This document shows positions 48,901 to 57,675 of a stretch of DNA of 64,000 nucleotides, one piece after another (the stretch's first letter is position 1; each line of letters begins with the position of its first letter). Origin of the DNA: a virus; the IMG/VR virus record IMGVR_UViG_3300022602_002120, positions 96,001 through 160,000 of that record, one strand, 5' to 3'. The position numbers and the translations under genes are program-made. Under the pieces are notes generated by a model, which saw nothing but the letters and a program-made list of their open reading frames with translations, searched no databases and had not been told where the DNA came from.

Positions 48901-49246
48901 TTAAGTGATCTCTTTTGACTTCTCTGACCGGACATTCAAGTAGTTCTGCTATTTTATTCTTTACACCAATTCGTTTGTTGTTCCAATCTCTGATTAAAAT
49001 GGCTCTACGTCCAATTTCTGCCAGATCTAATTCTAATTCTTTACCAGATTTTAGTTCTTTCTCTAGTTCCCAAATAGTATTATGAATTTCTTTTAACTCA
49101 TCAAATAAAGTTCGAACAGAATTTAACTCGGATTGACTTACTTGATCTTTATACCATTTTAATTCATCTGAATTGGATTGGGTGCGTTCCCATTTTACTT
49201 CAGCAATAGCTAATCTATCAAAGAACTCAATCACTGGGAATTTCAT
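48887..49246 (-). CDS. Helical hypothetical protein (DUF6165-like)
   Basis: DRLAIAEVK...IWELE...N.KR..VKNKI. Confidence 0.6.
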   Translation of the reverse strand: MKFPVIEFFDRLAIAEVKWERTQSNSDELKWYKDQVSQSELNSVRTLFDELKEIHNTIWELEKELKSGKELELDLAEIGRRAILIRDWNNKRIGVKNKIAELLECPVREVKRDHLSEQD

Positions 49247-50270
49247 ATGTATTATCCTTAATTAATTGTTTTAATGCTTGTACTAAATCGTTTTTATGTG
49301 GATCAAACTTCCCAGAGTAAAAATTATCAATATTACGTTGTCTGCGATTGTGTAAAGCTATATTAATACTTAGTAGATCCTTTGATAATAGATCTTTAAT
49401 CAGAGTGTGTAATTTGTTAAACCTAGTTTCAAAATCTAACTCGCAATCGTAGTAACTATGATCAATCACATCGTCATATACATCAACCCCTTGCTTGCGC
49501 AACCGATCTATATAAAATGGATTTGCTAGGGCTACAAACATTTGTCCTGATAAAATAGGTTTCCAGATCTTTTCGGTTTGATGTATACGATTGATAATCG
49601 TAGTTTCGGGTACAATATTAATGTATGCATCAGTAAACGCAGGATGACTTACATCTGTGCCGACATTGACCCAATTTGGCAATCCTTCGGACTCTGCAAT
49701 TTGATGCCTAGTGGGTAAAGTTACATTAACAATTTCCCACCATTGTTTATAGCAATCATCTAATTGATAATCTTCGTTAATCCGATGATCTAGATTACCC
49801 CCAAAAATTTGATTTATAACTTTATTAGAAGAATATTCTTGCATTTTAAAATAATTTAAAACTCTATGAGGTCTAGGATTTCCGTGCAGACAAGATATAC
49901 TATAAGATTTTTGATCAACAAGCGGTGGAATAACTACTTTTTCTATAGGGGTTAATGTATAATTAAACCCGTGTACAACCTTCTCGTGATACCAATAAGG
50001 GTGGTGTATTAGTTTAGGTCTTGTTAGATGATTTTCATAGATGTGTGTTAATATTAAAAAATTTACATTAGCACGTTCTAATTCATCATACAAAGAGCCT
50101 ATAAAATTATCAGTGCCCCAATTTTCTAAGCAACAATTAATAAGCACAGCGGATTCTTTTGCCAGGGAATTAATTTTATTGATATCCCATCGCCATTGTT
50201 CATTGAGTAATGTCAGTGGATTTTCGATATATGTTACAGGCAGCCGTTGGGCTAATAGGTACATAAACAT
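49227..50270 (-). CDS. GT10-like (TEK motif) putative glycosyltransferase
   Basis: YINIVPET...QTEKIWKPIL...DVIDHSYYD. Confidence 0.5.
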   Translation of the reverse strand: MFMYLLAQRLPVTYIENPLTLLNEQWRWDINKINSLAKESAVLINCCLENWGTDNFIGSLYDELERANVNFLILTHIYENHLTRPKLIHHPYWYHEKVVHGFNYTLTPIEKVVIPPLVDQKSYSISCLHGNPRPHRVLNYFKMQEYSSNKVINQIFGGNLDHRINEDYQLDDCYKQWWEIVNVTLPTRHQIAESEGLPNWVNVGTDVSHPAFTDAYINIVPETTIINRIHQTEKIWKPILSGQMFVALANPFYIDRLRKQGVDVYDDVIDHSYYDCELDFETRFNKLHTLIKDLLSKDLLSINIALHNRRQRNIDNFYSGKFDPHKNDLVQALKQLIKDNTYEIPSD

Positions 50271-50304
50271 TATTTGATATTTTCTAAATGGGAATTTATA
50301 AATT

Positions 50305-50334
50305 AATATAACATGATTATTTAGGCGGTGTCAA
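50305..50334 (-). promoter_or_regulatory. Hybrid sigma70 / late promoter for the glycan island
   Basis: TTGACA-18-TATATT with TG extension; CCTAAATA in the spacer. Confidence 0.7.
50307..50334. repeat. Direct repeat copy 2
   Basis: tataacatgattatttagg-cgg-tgtcaa. Confidence 0.85.
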
Positions 50335-50374
50335 ATATTATTTGACATTTTCTGATATTCTGAAAATATAGATG

Positions 50375-51403
50375 TCATAGGTATAGTGTTTCAATTTGGG
50401 TTGGGTTATTTAAGATATTTTGTATTTCAATATTACTTTTGTTTGGTCTACAAGGTTGACAGAATGACACATTAGTTTTGTTATAAATTTCATTGTGACG
50501 AGCATTTAGCCACAGGTCTCTAAAGTCATCCTTGTCCCATGCTCCTAAAGCATATTGCGGATTACCTTTATTTTCACAGCATACGTAGATTTTACCGTCT
50601 GCACAAAATACAGGAAACTGAAACATTTGATGGCATTTTTTATAGTTTCTAGGTAGAGTCTTGTTAATATTAACCCAATGTGGTATTTGGTATTTCTTAC
50701 TTAACTCTTCTAGCATTGTAAGTGTTTGCGCTGTAATAGGATGTGCTTGCCCGTTGACTATCACAGGTCTAAAGTATAATCCTCTACCTTTAACTGAGCT
50801 AACTAGTCTGAATAAATCATCCATTGCCTGCAGATTGTCGTTTAAGGGATTAATCAAACACTTAAAATCAACATTGACTCCGATCTCTATTAGATTCTTT
50901 GCATTGTCGATAACACGGCTGAATAAACTTTTAGCTGTTAAACTATGTCTGATTTCTTCATAAAGATCTTCGGTACCTGCATCAATATCAATGCCAATCC
51001 ACGCAATTTTTTTTAGTTTTTCTATTACAATACTGTCTAATAACTTGTCTAAGTGACTACCGTTCGATGTAATAGCAGTTAAGAATCCTAGATCTATTGT
51101 GTATTCGATTACATTTTCAAACCCTGTTAGTATACTAGGTTCACCGCCACCTGGATAGGTGATTGTGTGGGTAGTGCCGTAACTGTTTGGGCTATGTGTT
51201 CGCCACCCTGCAAGTTTATCTAATAGTATAATGTATTCGTTATATTTCTTTTGGACCGGTTGCTCTTTTCTAAACTCAGCTGAATTGCAATAATAACAAT
51301 CTTGATTACATACATTAGTTAGATCAATATCCACTTGCGCAGGTAATAAGATCATCGAATCTTTGTTTTTCATCCAATGCACTACTTCAGCATATTGATA
51401 CAT
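50375..51403 (-). CDS. Radical SAM protein with C-terminal twitch/SPASM domain
   Basis: CNQDCYYC, GGGEP and CHQM...DGKIYVCC...CQPC. Confidence 0.9.
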   Translation of the reverse strand: MYQYAEVVHWMKNKDSMILLPAQVDIDLTNVCNQDCYYCNSAEFRKEQPVQKKYNEYIILLDKLAGWRTHSPNSYGTTHTITYPGGGEPSILTGFENVIEYTIDLGFLTAITSNGSHLDKLLDSIVIEKLKKIAWIGIDIDAGTEDLYEEIRHSLTAKSLFSRVIDNAKNLIEIGVNVDFKCLINPLNDNLQAMDDLFRLVSSVKGRGLYFRPVIVNGQAHPITAQTLTMLEELSKKYQIPHWVNINKTLPRNYKKCHQMFQFPVFCADGKIYVCCENKGNPQYALGAWDKDDFRDLWLNARHNEIYNKTNVSFCQPCRPNKSNIEIQNILNNPTQIETLYL

Positions 51404-51407
51404 TATA

Positions 51408-52481
51408 TTATTTAATGTTTTCTAATAGATTGGTAGCACTAAAGAAATAGTGATGTAAGCCTCGAGCCTGTTGCGGAACATATCTAGCATATTCATCATA
51501 GTTAGACATAAACTCACGAATGTGTGCTATCAGCTCTTGCTTGTGATGTAGGTAATTGCTGTAACTTTCTGTCCACTCGCTAGGATAACGCCATATCTCA
51601 GCATACATTTCCGTGTATGACAAACGATCAGGAACCATTGGAATAGCATCAGTTAAGGCACCTTCATACATGCTAATACCTAGAGTTTCTTGTAGGTTAG
51701 CACTAAACACCATCTTAGCTTCGCCTAGTAAGGTATGATAACCTTCTTTACTAAGTCCTAGCTCTTGACAAACAATCCATTCATATTCGGGCATTGCTTG
51801 AGCAAGATCTTTAAAGATTTCTACCTGCTTCTCTGGTGCTATACGATGCGGGAATAAGATTAGGTCACGCTTTGCGGTCTTATAAGGCGTAATAGTCTCT
51901 GGCATATATTCCATAGGCCAACCTGTGCGTACAACTTTACCTGAACGTTTTTCTATAGTCTTCCAAAACTCAGTTGCTGAGTCCTTGCCAAATGTTTTAG
52001 CAAACAAATCAATATGAAAGTCCGTGGCAAAGTAGTTGTGATCAATAGCATGATAGAAACTTTGTTCAGCATGTCTAACCCAAGCCGCATCACCAATAAG
52101 GCGTCCTAAGAAGTCCTGTGGATCATAACTGCCAGCGTGCCAAAGTGCGTGTATAGTTACTTTAATACCCAGTAGTTCAGACATATACTTAAGATTAATA
52201 ATCCCAGGGTGCCAAGCATCAGTAAATATGAAGTGGTCCCCCGACTTAACCCTGCCCTCAGTGAAGAGTCTTCCCATTCGCTCCACTTGACTAGCCTTGT
52301 AGATATTAGTACCACCAAAATTAAGGAAAGCACCAGGAGTTGTGGCACTAGGTATATCAGTCGGGCCCGCGATAACATAGACTTCATGGCCATGCTCCTC
52401 AAGTAACTTAGGTACATGAGTCTTCCACTGACCCGTGTACCTAGTTTCAACTGCTTCTAGATCAACTAGATATACAGTCAT
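51408..52481 (-). CDS. GT-B (GT4-like) glycosyltransferase
   Basis: FPHRIAPEKQ and ETLGISMYE (ExxG-like). Confidence 0.7.
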   Translation of the reverse strand: MTVYLVDLEAVETRYTGQWKTHVPKLLEEHGHEVYVIAGPTDIPSATTPGAFLNFGGTNIYKASQVERMGRLFTEGRVKSGDHFIFTDAWHPGIINLKYMSELLGIKVTIHALWHAGSYDPQDFLGRLIGDAAWVRHAEQSFYHAIDHNYFATDFHIDLFAKTFGKDSATEFWKTIEKRSGKVVRTGWPMEYMPETITPYKTAKRDLILFPHRIAPEKQVEIFKDLAQAMPEYEWIVCQELGLSKEGYHTLLGEAKMVFSANLQETLGISMYEGALTDAIPMVPDRLSYTEMYAEIWRYPSEWTESYSNYLHHKQELIAHIREFMSNYDEYARYVPQQARGLHHYFFSATNLLENIK

Positions 52482-52720
52482 TAGCGTGGATTCCGACCTT
52501 GATAACCGCTAGGCTGGCCGTTGCGTTGTTGCCATTGTTGGCGTTTCTTGCGGCGTTCTTGCCACTCACGATACTCTACTGACTTGTAAAGATCAGCTTC
52601 GTCGAACTTGATCATACGGAAACGACAGTAGTTCAACCATGCGTCCAAGTCGTTATAGATTTTTGTTACTTCTGGGCTCATACGAAGATACTTCTTAAGC
52701 CATACTGGTTGTGATGCCAC
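52481..52720 (-). CDS. Hypothetical protein
   Basis: GTG start with AAGGAG site. Confidence 0.7.
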   Translation of the reverse strand: MASQPVWLKKYLRMSPEVTKIYNDLDAWLNYCRFRMIKFDEADLYKSVEYREWQERRKKRQQWQQRNGQPSGYQGRNPR

Positions 52721-52731
52721 GATAAATCTCC

Positions 52732-53181
52732 TTAAATAGTGACAGTTTGGTAAGGTTGGGTTTGGTTATAAAAGATGGTACACCCGTTTTCACCATCTTC
52801 ACTTACTTCAATGTGAACATCGCGATTGGGATACTTTTGTGCAATCTGCACGTATAGATCATCTGCGATCATCTCGCATGATCTGTAATTTAGTTCTAAT
52901 ACGGAACCTTTACCCACATACAGGCTTTCAAGCCATCGTTTGAACTGGATGAACTCGATGTCCCTGTCATTGTGCCACACATCAATTGACACCCTGAAAT
53001 GAAAAATGTGGCGGTGAGGATTAGCAAGGAACGATACATCATATTCATCTCCAGTTTTAAGTAATGGGTTAACTGCGGCATCTGGGTAGCAATGAATGCC
53101 TTCCTTCTGGAAAGTAACCCAAATCTTTCTCTTAGCTGCAATTAGAATTCTATCTACTAAGTCACGTTCTGCTTGTATCAT
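52732..53181 (-). CDS. QueD-paralog T-fold protein, putative CDG decarboxylase (DpdL-like)
   Basis: LANPHRHIF (LxxxHRHxF), DRDIEFIQFK, SCEMIA and EDGENG. Confidence 0.7.
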   Translation of the reverse strand: MIQAERDLVDRILIAAKRKIWVTFQKEGIHCYPDAAVNPLLKTGDEYDVSFLANPHRHIFHFRVSIDVWHNDRDIEFIQFKRWLESLYVGKGSVLELNYRSCEMIADDLYVQIAQKYPNRDVHIEVSEDGENGCTIFYNQTQPYQTVTI

Positions 53182-53771
53182 CGGTCATACTCGAAAAGAT
53201 TTTGAAAAGTTGATTTACTCATTGATATTACAGTATCCATTCGCCCACTGTCAAGCCTGAAAGCATAACTATTTGAATTATTTACTTGTTCAAGATAGCC
53301 AAAAAATCCTTTGTGCGCACAAGTTTTAATTTTATTATTTTTTAATAACTGTGATCTGCTATGTTCGTAGCTGAGTTTAAAGTGTTCTTGAATATGATCT
53401 TGATCAAAATCAATAATATCGATAGACTCGATAACATTGATTTCAGGCTTATAACCATTTGTAGTAAATCGTAACTGTTTACATATTTTTTTATAAAACG
53501 TAGTGTCAGTCCATTCAGGGGTATTTAAGATATCTTGAATAGTCATCGAGCCTGCTGTCTGCGGACTTGTAGAACGTCGATCTCTTGATTTAACTTCTAG
53601 TTCTAGCTCAGGAATATCCACGGATCCTGTCTTATCAACAGGGACTCCGATAGAAATTAATAAGTCTTCAATTGCTCGCCCAGCTAACCCTTCAAACTTA
53701 GTAGGCAAATGTTTACCTATAAGTTGTTTTCTTAGCATGTCTAAAAATATATTTTCAGCATTGGATATCAT
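53178..53771 (-). CDS. PD-(D/E)xK nuclease (MutH/Sau3AI/MvaI-like)
   Basis: GRAIEDLL...VDIPELELEVKS. Confidence 0.6.
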   Translation of the reverse strand: MISNAENIFLDMLRKQLIGKHLPTKFEGLAGRAIEDLLISIGVPVDKTGSVDIPELELEVKSRDRRSTSPQTAGSMTIQDILNTPEWTDTTFYKKICKQLRFTTNGYKPEINVIESIDIIDFDQDHIQEHFKLSYEHSRSQLLKNNKIKTCAHKGFFGYLEQVNNSNSYAFRLDSGRMDTVISMSKSTFQNLFEYDR

Positions 53772-54295
53772 TTGATAATTTCATCCTTTCCGTACTGATC
53801 CCAGTCAGTAAAAGTTTCTCTAGTAGTTAATGAATGTAAGGTATGACACCAAACTCCTGGATTACTATATTCAAAGTCCAAGTCGTCTAGCTTAATTGTA
53901 GCATTATATCCAAGCTGTGTCAAGTGGGGAATTTTAACTGAAATTTGTGGAATAAATTTACGGTGTCCAATTACAGGCATTTCAAGAACACCTTGTACAA
54001 CACTGACATCAAAGTCTAAAGTACACCAATAGCCTGCATCTAAACACTGATCGATCATACGTTCCCATGGACGCCATTGATCAGCATCATCTGTAGCTAA
54101 CTGTGGAAAACTTTGATTAGCACCAAAGTAGATGTGTGTACAACTATTTGCCACAGCAAGAGTTTTGATTGCAATGAAATCTTGTACACCTACTACAAAC
54201 AATGTTTTCATATCATAGGCAGGAGTCTTTTCAATTTCTACACCTGTGAAGAATTTAACGTTTTCTTTAGTGCCTGTACTATATTCGCGTTTCAT
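53768..54295 (-). CDS. Hypothetical protein in the deazaguanine cluster
   Basis: FFTGVEIEKTP...TLFV...HIYFGAN...KLDD...NPGVW; start moved to MKREY. Confidence 0.75.
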   Translation of the reverse strand: MKREYSTGTKENVKFFTGVEIEKTPAYDMKTLFVVGVQDFIAIKTLAVANSCTHIYFGANQSFPQLATDDADQWRPWERMIDQCLDAGYWCTLDFDVSVVQGVLEMPVIGHRKFIPQISVKIPHLTQLGYNATIKLDDLDFEYSNPGVWCHTLHSLTTRETFTDWDQYGKDEIIK

Positions 54296-54486
54296 TCTAC
54301 ACGGCCATTTTCTTCTGACCACAGCGCATCGTTGCGAGCAAGTTGCTCTGGGGTTAATAAACATTCTATTAGAATAAAACGTTTACTCATATATGGAAGT
54401 TTATCTAATTCAGTGGCTAGGGCTACTCTGGCCTGTAGATTAGCCAGACGTTTGCTTTCTAAATATTCTTTATATAATTTAATCAT
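54292..54486 (-). CDS. Hypothetical protein
   Basis: Coupled ORF. Confidence 0.6.
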   Translation of the reverse strand: MIKLYKEYLESKRLANLQARVALATELDKLPYMSKRFILIECLLTPEQLARNDALWSEENGRVE

Positions 54487-54670
54487 TTAATGAATCCAAT
54501 TTTTGTTTAGTGTCTTCAAGTTGACGACGTACATGGGCTTTTTCTTGTTTCATTTTGCTCAAACCTGCGTCATCCATATAATGAGTATACCCATCTTTTA
54601 TCTTTTTGTCAAGTGTTTTGTGAGTTTCTTCTAAGTGTTTAATATGGTGTTCTAAACTAAGTTTGTCCAT
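54479..54670 (-). CDS. DUF465/YdcH-like coiled-coil protein
   Basis: LEETHKTLDKKI...KQEK..VR. Confidence 0.55.
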   Translation of the reverse strand: MDKLSLEHHIKHLEETHKTLDKKIKDGYTHYMDDAGLSKMKQEKAHVRRQLEDTKQKLDSLND

Positions 54671-54671
54671 G

Positions 54672-56249
54672 TTATTCTCCTAACCCTTCTTCTAAGTTAT
54701 CTAAATTAGCTTCATCAAACCCACTGTCGTCTACATGATGCTCTTCTTCGTCTACTTCAAACAAGTTATTAAACATAGTACTAGCATTAACAGTTTTCTT
54801 ACCTGTAGCCCCGCGAGTACCAATAATGCTCATCCAGAACTTACTGTGATCTTCAATAATCTGTTCAGCACTACTACGATCTGGCGCAGCAAAGATTTGA
54901 TCTACAACGTCACGGAAATAAACACGCTCAAATGTTTCCTGTACTAGCATGTTAGGCACAACGCCTTGGTCATACTGTCTATTAGCTTCTTGTACTGAAT
55001 TAATATGACTCCAAACATTATGACCCATTTGAATAGCATAACTAAAACTATCCCAGCTGGTCTTACCCTCTTTACCAATCTTGTTCAAATCACCTGGGGC
55101 ATACTTACAAACATCGTTGATCTGTATACGATTACTAATAGGACTATCTGTAAAGTTGGGGAATATACCATCTTGTAGAACGGCGTCACTGAACTTGCGT
55201 GTGTCTTTGGCATACTTCTTATTGTCTACACTAGGTACCATACGATATACCCATTTCTTACGATCTTCAATTTCAGTTTGAATATAGATCTGTCCGTTAG
55301 CTGACGCTAGGAATGGACTAGCACAGTCAAAGCTAATAGTAAAATTAGGATTAACATACTTACGAACACTACGTTGAATGTCTGTTAATAAACAAGCCCA
55401 CTCTAGTTTACTTGTACCCAAAAAGTGCATCCAATCATGAACGCCTTCTTGTAGCAGTCCATCATAACGAATAGCCACTAGACGTTTAAGCACTAGATGT
55501 ACATCACACATGTTCTGTCCACCCATTGCCCAACCATTAAAGTGACGACCTGGATATTGCGTAGGATCACAGTACTTTTTCATGCGATCATACCAATCAT
55601 CTGCGTCTGCGTGATTTTCGCCTTGTAGAACGTTCAAGAACTTACAGTTACCATTACGATTATTAATAAACCAATCATTGTTAATGTAAGTACCTTCAAC
55701 TGCTTCGTCGTAGGTATTGATACCAGTGGCCTTACGTCCTGCTGGACTACGAGCCACCCAAGCTGGGATATCTAAACACATACCATAGTCCATGTATGCG
55801 TCCATCCAAGTAAGCACTAGTTCACGTTTCTTTTGTGCTTTGGGACAGTTTGGATCTTTCCAATCACCTTCCCAAACACCCTTACCAATTTGGAAACCAC
55901 CACTATCACCTAAGATAAACGATTTAGTACGATCTCTATTTCTGACCATGTCTTCTTTGGGACTGTGCTTGTTTACATCTAGTTCAGCGTGGCCTGCTGA
56001 ATATAAACTCCAGTGATAGGGAAAGTAAGCTTCAGTTGGATTAAGCCAGTTAAGGCCTTCCATACCGTTTTCAAAGTTTGCTGGAATACGGGTTGACTCT
56101 ACATACAAGTTACCGTTAGCATCCGGAAAACGTTGTTTTCCTACGTAAGTGGCATAGAATCCACTCAATGCTGGAAGAAAAACGGCGTATTGGCTTTGAC
56201 CATCTGTGCCTAGTTGTTTTTCTGTAAGATTGTCTCTTGGTAGTGTCAT
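54672..56249 (-). CDS. dpdA: TGT-fold guanine transglycosylase (DpdA-like, probably DpdA3)
   Basis: DSGGFQ, LDIP, VLQG, WAMGG, HFLG and FDCASP; start could be 56267. Confidence 0.8.
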   Translation of the reverse strand: MTLPRDNLTEKQLGTDGQSQYAVFLPALSGFYATYVGKQRFPDANGNLYVESTRIPANFENGMEGLNWLNPTEAYFPYHWSLYSAGHAELDVNKHSPKEDMVRNRDRTKSFILGDSGGFQIGKGVWEGDWKDPNCPKAQKKRELVLTWMDAYMDYGMCLDIPAWVARSPAGRKATGINTYDEAVEGTYINNDWFINNRNGNCKFLNVLQGENHADADDWYDRMKKYCDPTQYPGRHFNGWAMGGQNMCDVHLVLKRLVAIRYDGLLQEGVHDWMHFLGTSKLEWACLLTDIQRSVRKYVNPNFTISFDCASPFLASANGQIYIQTEIEDRKKWVYRMVPSVDNKKYAKDTRKFSDAVLQDGIFPNFTDSPISNRIQINDVCKYAPGDLNKIGKEGKTSWDSFSYAIQMGHNVWSHINSVQEANRQYDQGVVPNMLVQETFERVYFRDVVDQIFAAPDRSSAEQIIEDHSKFWMSIIGTRGATGKKTVNASTMFNNLFEVDEEEHHVDDSGFDEANLDNLEEGLGE

Positions 56250-56253
56250 TGAT

Positions 56254-56955
56254 TTATTTTGTTCCATTGCGTTTTTGTTCCCATAATTTTTTTCTTGCCT
56301 CAGACATTTTACGTTTAGTTTCTTCTGACATGTCTCTGCCTTTTAACTTAGCACTTATTTTTGCTTTTTGCTCATCAGTGTTCGCTCTACCTTTGTGTGC
56401 TTCACTTAGTTTAGCACGATGTTCTTCTGTAAAGCAACGACCTTTGAGTGATGTTGCGTATTGCTGTACTTTTTCGCTTGTTTCTTTAGACTGACCTTTA
56501 TTCCACGGTATATTGCCCTTACCAGAGTCACTTAACTTTCTTTTGTGTTCTTCTGATTTAGGCTTTCCCTTAAGGGCAGCAGAAATTTTATCACCGTGTT
56601 CTTTTTTAATACCCTTATTTGCTTTACTAATTTTCTCTCTTCCTGCGTCAGTTAAAAAGGAGCCAACTTGCGTATCCTTATTCCACGGAATAATTCCTGC
56701 TGTACCATCTCCACCATCTGTTCTATTATGTAATGTGCCTGTGCCTAAATCTTTTCTACCATACCAGCGTATAAGTCTACGTTCTAAAGCAAATGCCCCA
56801 AGTTCTGATAAATTGGATTCTAATATAACAATCCTATTAAGATCTTTAGGAACAATAACAGAATGTGATTTTTGCCACGCTCTGTCATCTTTACCTTTCC
56901 CAATATAATACGGAGTTAAATCTTTAGTTCTCAAATAAGCATATACATAAAACAT
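56254..56955 (-). mobile_element. Free-standing GIY-YIG homing endonuclease with NUMOD3 repeats
   Basis: YVYAY...YYIGKG, R and E catalytic positions, repeated EEH(K/R)xKLS..KG motifs. Confidence 0.85.
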
Positions 56956-56982
56956 AATAGTTCCTCTATATGTTTATTTATA
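56950..56982 (-). promoter_or_regulatory. Late promoter (TATAAATA) plus translation-sequestering hairpin
   Basis: TATAAATA at 56975..56982; AAACAU-AUAG-[AGGAA]-CUAU-U-AUGUUU covers the SD and AUG. Confidence 0.75.
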
Positions 56983-57003
56983 CTTACTTGCGCTATTAGG
57001 CTT

Positions 57004-57180
57004 TTATTTCACATTGTCATCTTTTAATTTCTCGTATGTTTTATGTTTTTCCCAGCGAAGTTTAAGATCTGGGTTTTGTGCTATAAAGCGTTCGTACCAA
57101 CTCCATTCAGTCAGACGTTCTGCTGTGAGTTTAAACTCTCGTCTATCTGGAATAAGTTTTTCAAGATTTGCTAGACTCAT
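57004..57180 (-). CDS. 58-aa hypothetical protein (not in ORF track)
   Basis: MSLANLEKLIPD...NPDLKLRWEKHKTYEKLKDDNVK; ATGA-type coupling. Confidence 0.7.
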   Translation of the reverse strand: MSLANLEKLIPDRREFKLTAERLTEWSWYERFIAQNPDLKLRWEKHKTYEKLKDDNVK

Positions 57181-57344
57181 TTAGTGTCCTTTAGGGCTTT
57201 GAAAGTTTTAAACTGTTCGTACTTTTCTAGTGTCTTAGGATCTTGCAGCATGAATTCTCTAAATATTCTAATTTCATTTAGTTCGTCCATGAACTTCATC
57301 ATAACACTAGTTATAGGATCACTTTTATTAGCTACCAGCGACAT
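57177..57344 (-). CDS. Small hypothetical protein
   Basis: C-terminal DPKTLEKYEQFKTFKAL; start uncertain. Confidence 0.65.
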   Translation of the reverse strand: MSLVANKSDPITSVMMKFMDELNEIRIFREFMLQDPKTLEKYEQFKTFKALKDTK

Positions 57345-57675
57345 TACCTTCTTCCCTGGTAAGAATATCCATGACTTGAAACTTCTCATAAGCATCTTTA
57401 AGTCCAGGATGTTTTTCCATACGCTCTTTAAGAGTAGCTTCTTCTCGCTGTTTTTCTATAGCCCAACGGATAGCATTGTCGGCATCCCAGCTTAGACCAA
57501 TAGTCACACCCTGACTCATCAGTTGCCAACTACTACCGTCATAGACTTCTACTGATTGGTTAGCGGGATTGTATCGTAACTGCCCAACATTCAGCATACC
57601 ATTATTGTAAATGTTTGGAGGATAGTTTCCTGTAACGGTTACGTAGGCACTATTTGTTGCTAGGTTTTTAATCAT
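57328..57675 (-). CDS. Hypothetical protein with fiber-like GxxRYN..EVYDG..W motif
   Basis: GQLRYNPANQSVEVYDGSSW; C-terminal HPGLKDAYEKF. Confidence 0.75.
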   Translation of the reverse strand: MIKNLATNSAYVTVTGNYPPNIYNNGMLNVGQLRYNPANQSVEVYDGSSWQLMSQGVTIGLSWDADNAIRWAIEKQREEATLKERMEKHPGLKDAYEKFQVMDILTREEGNVAGS

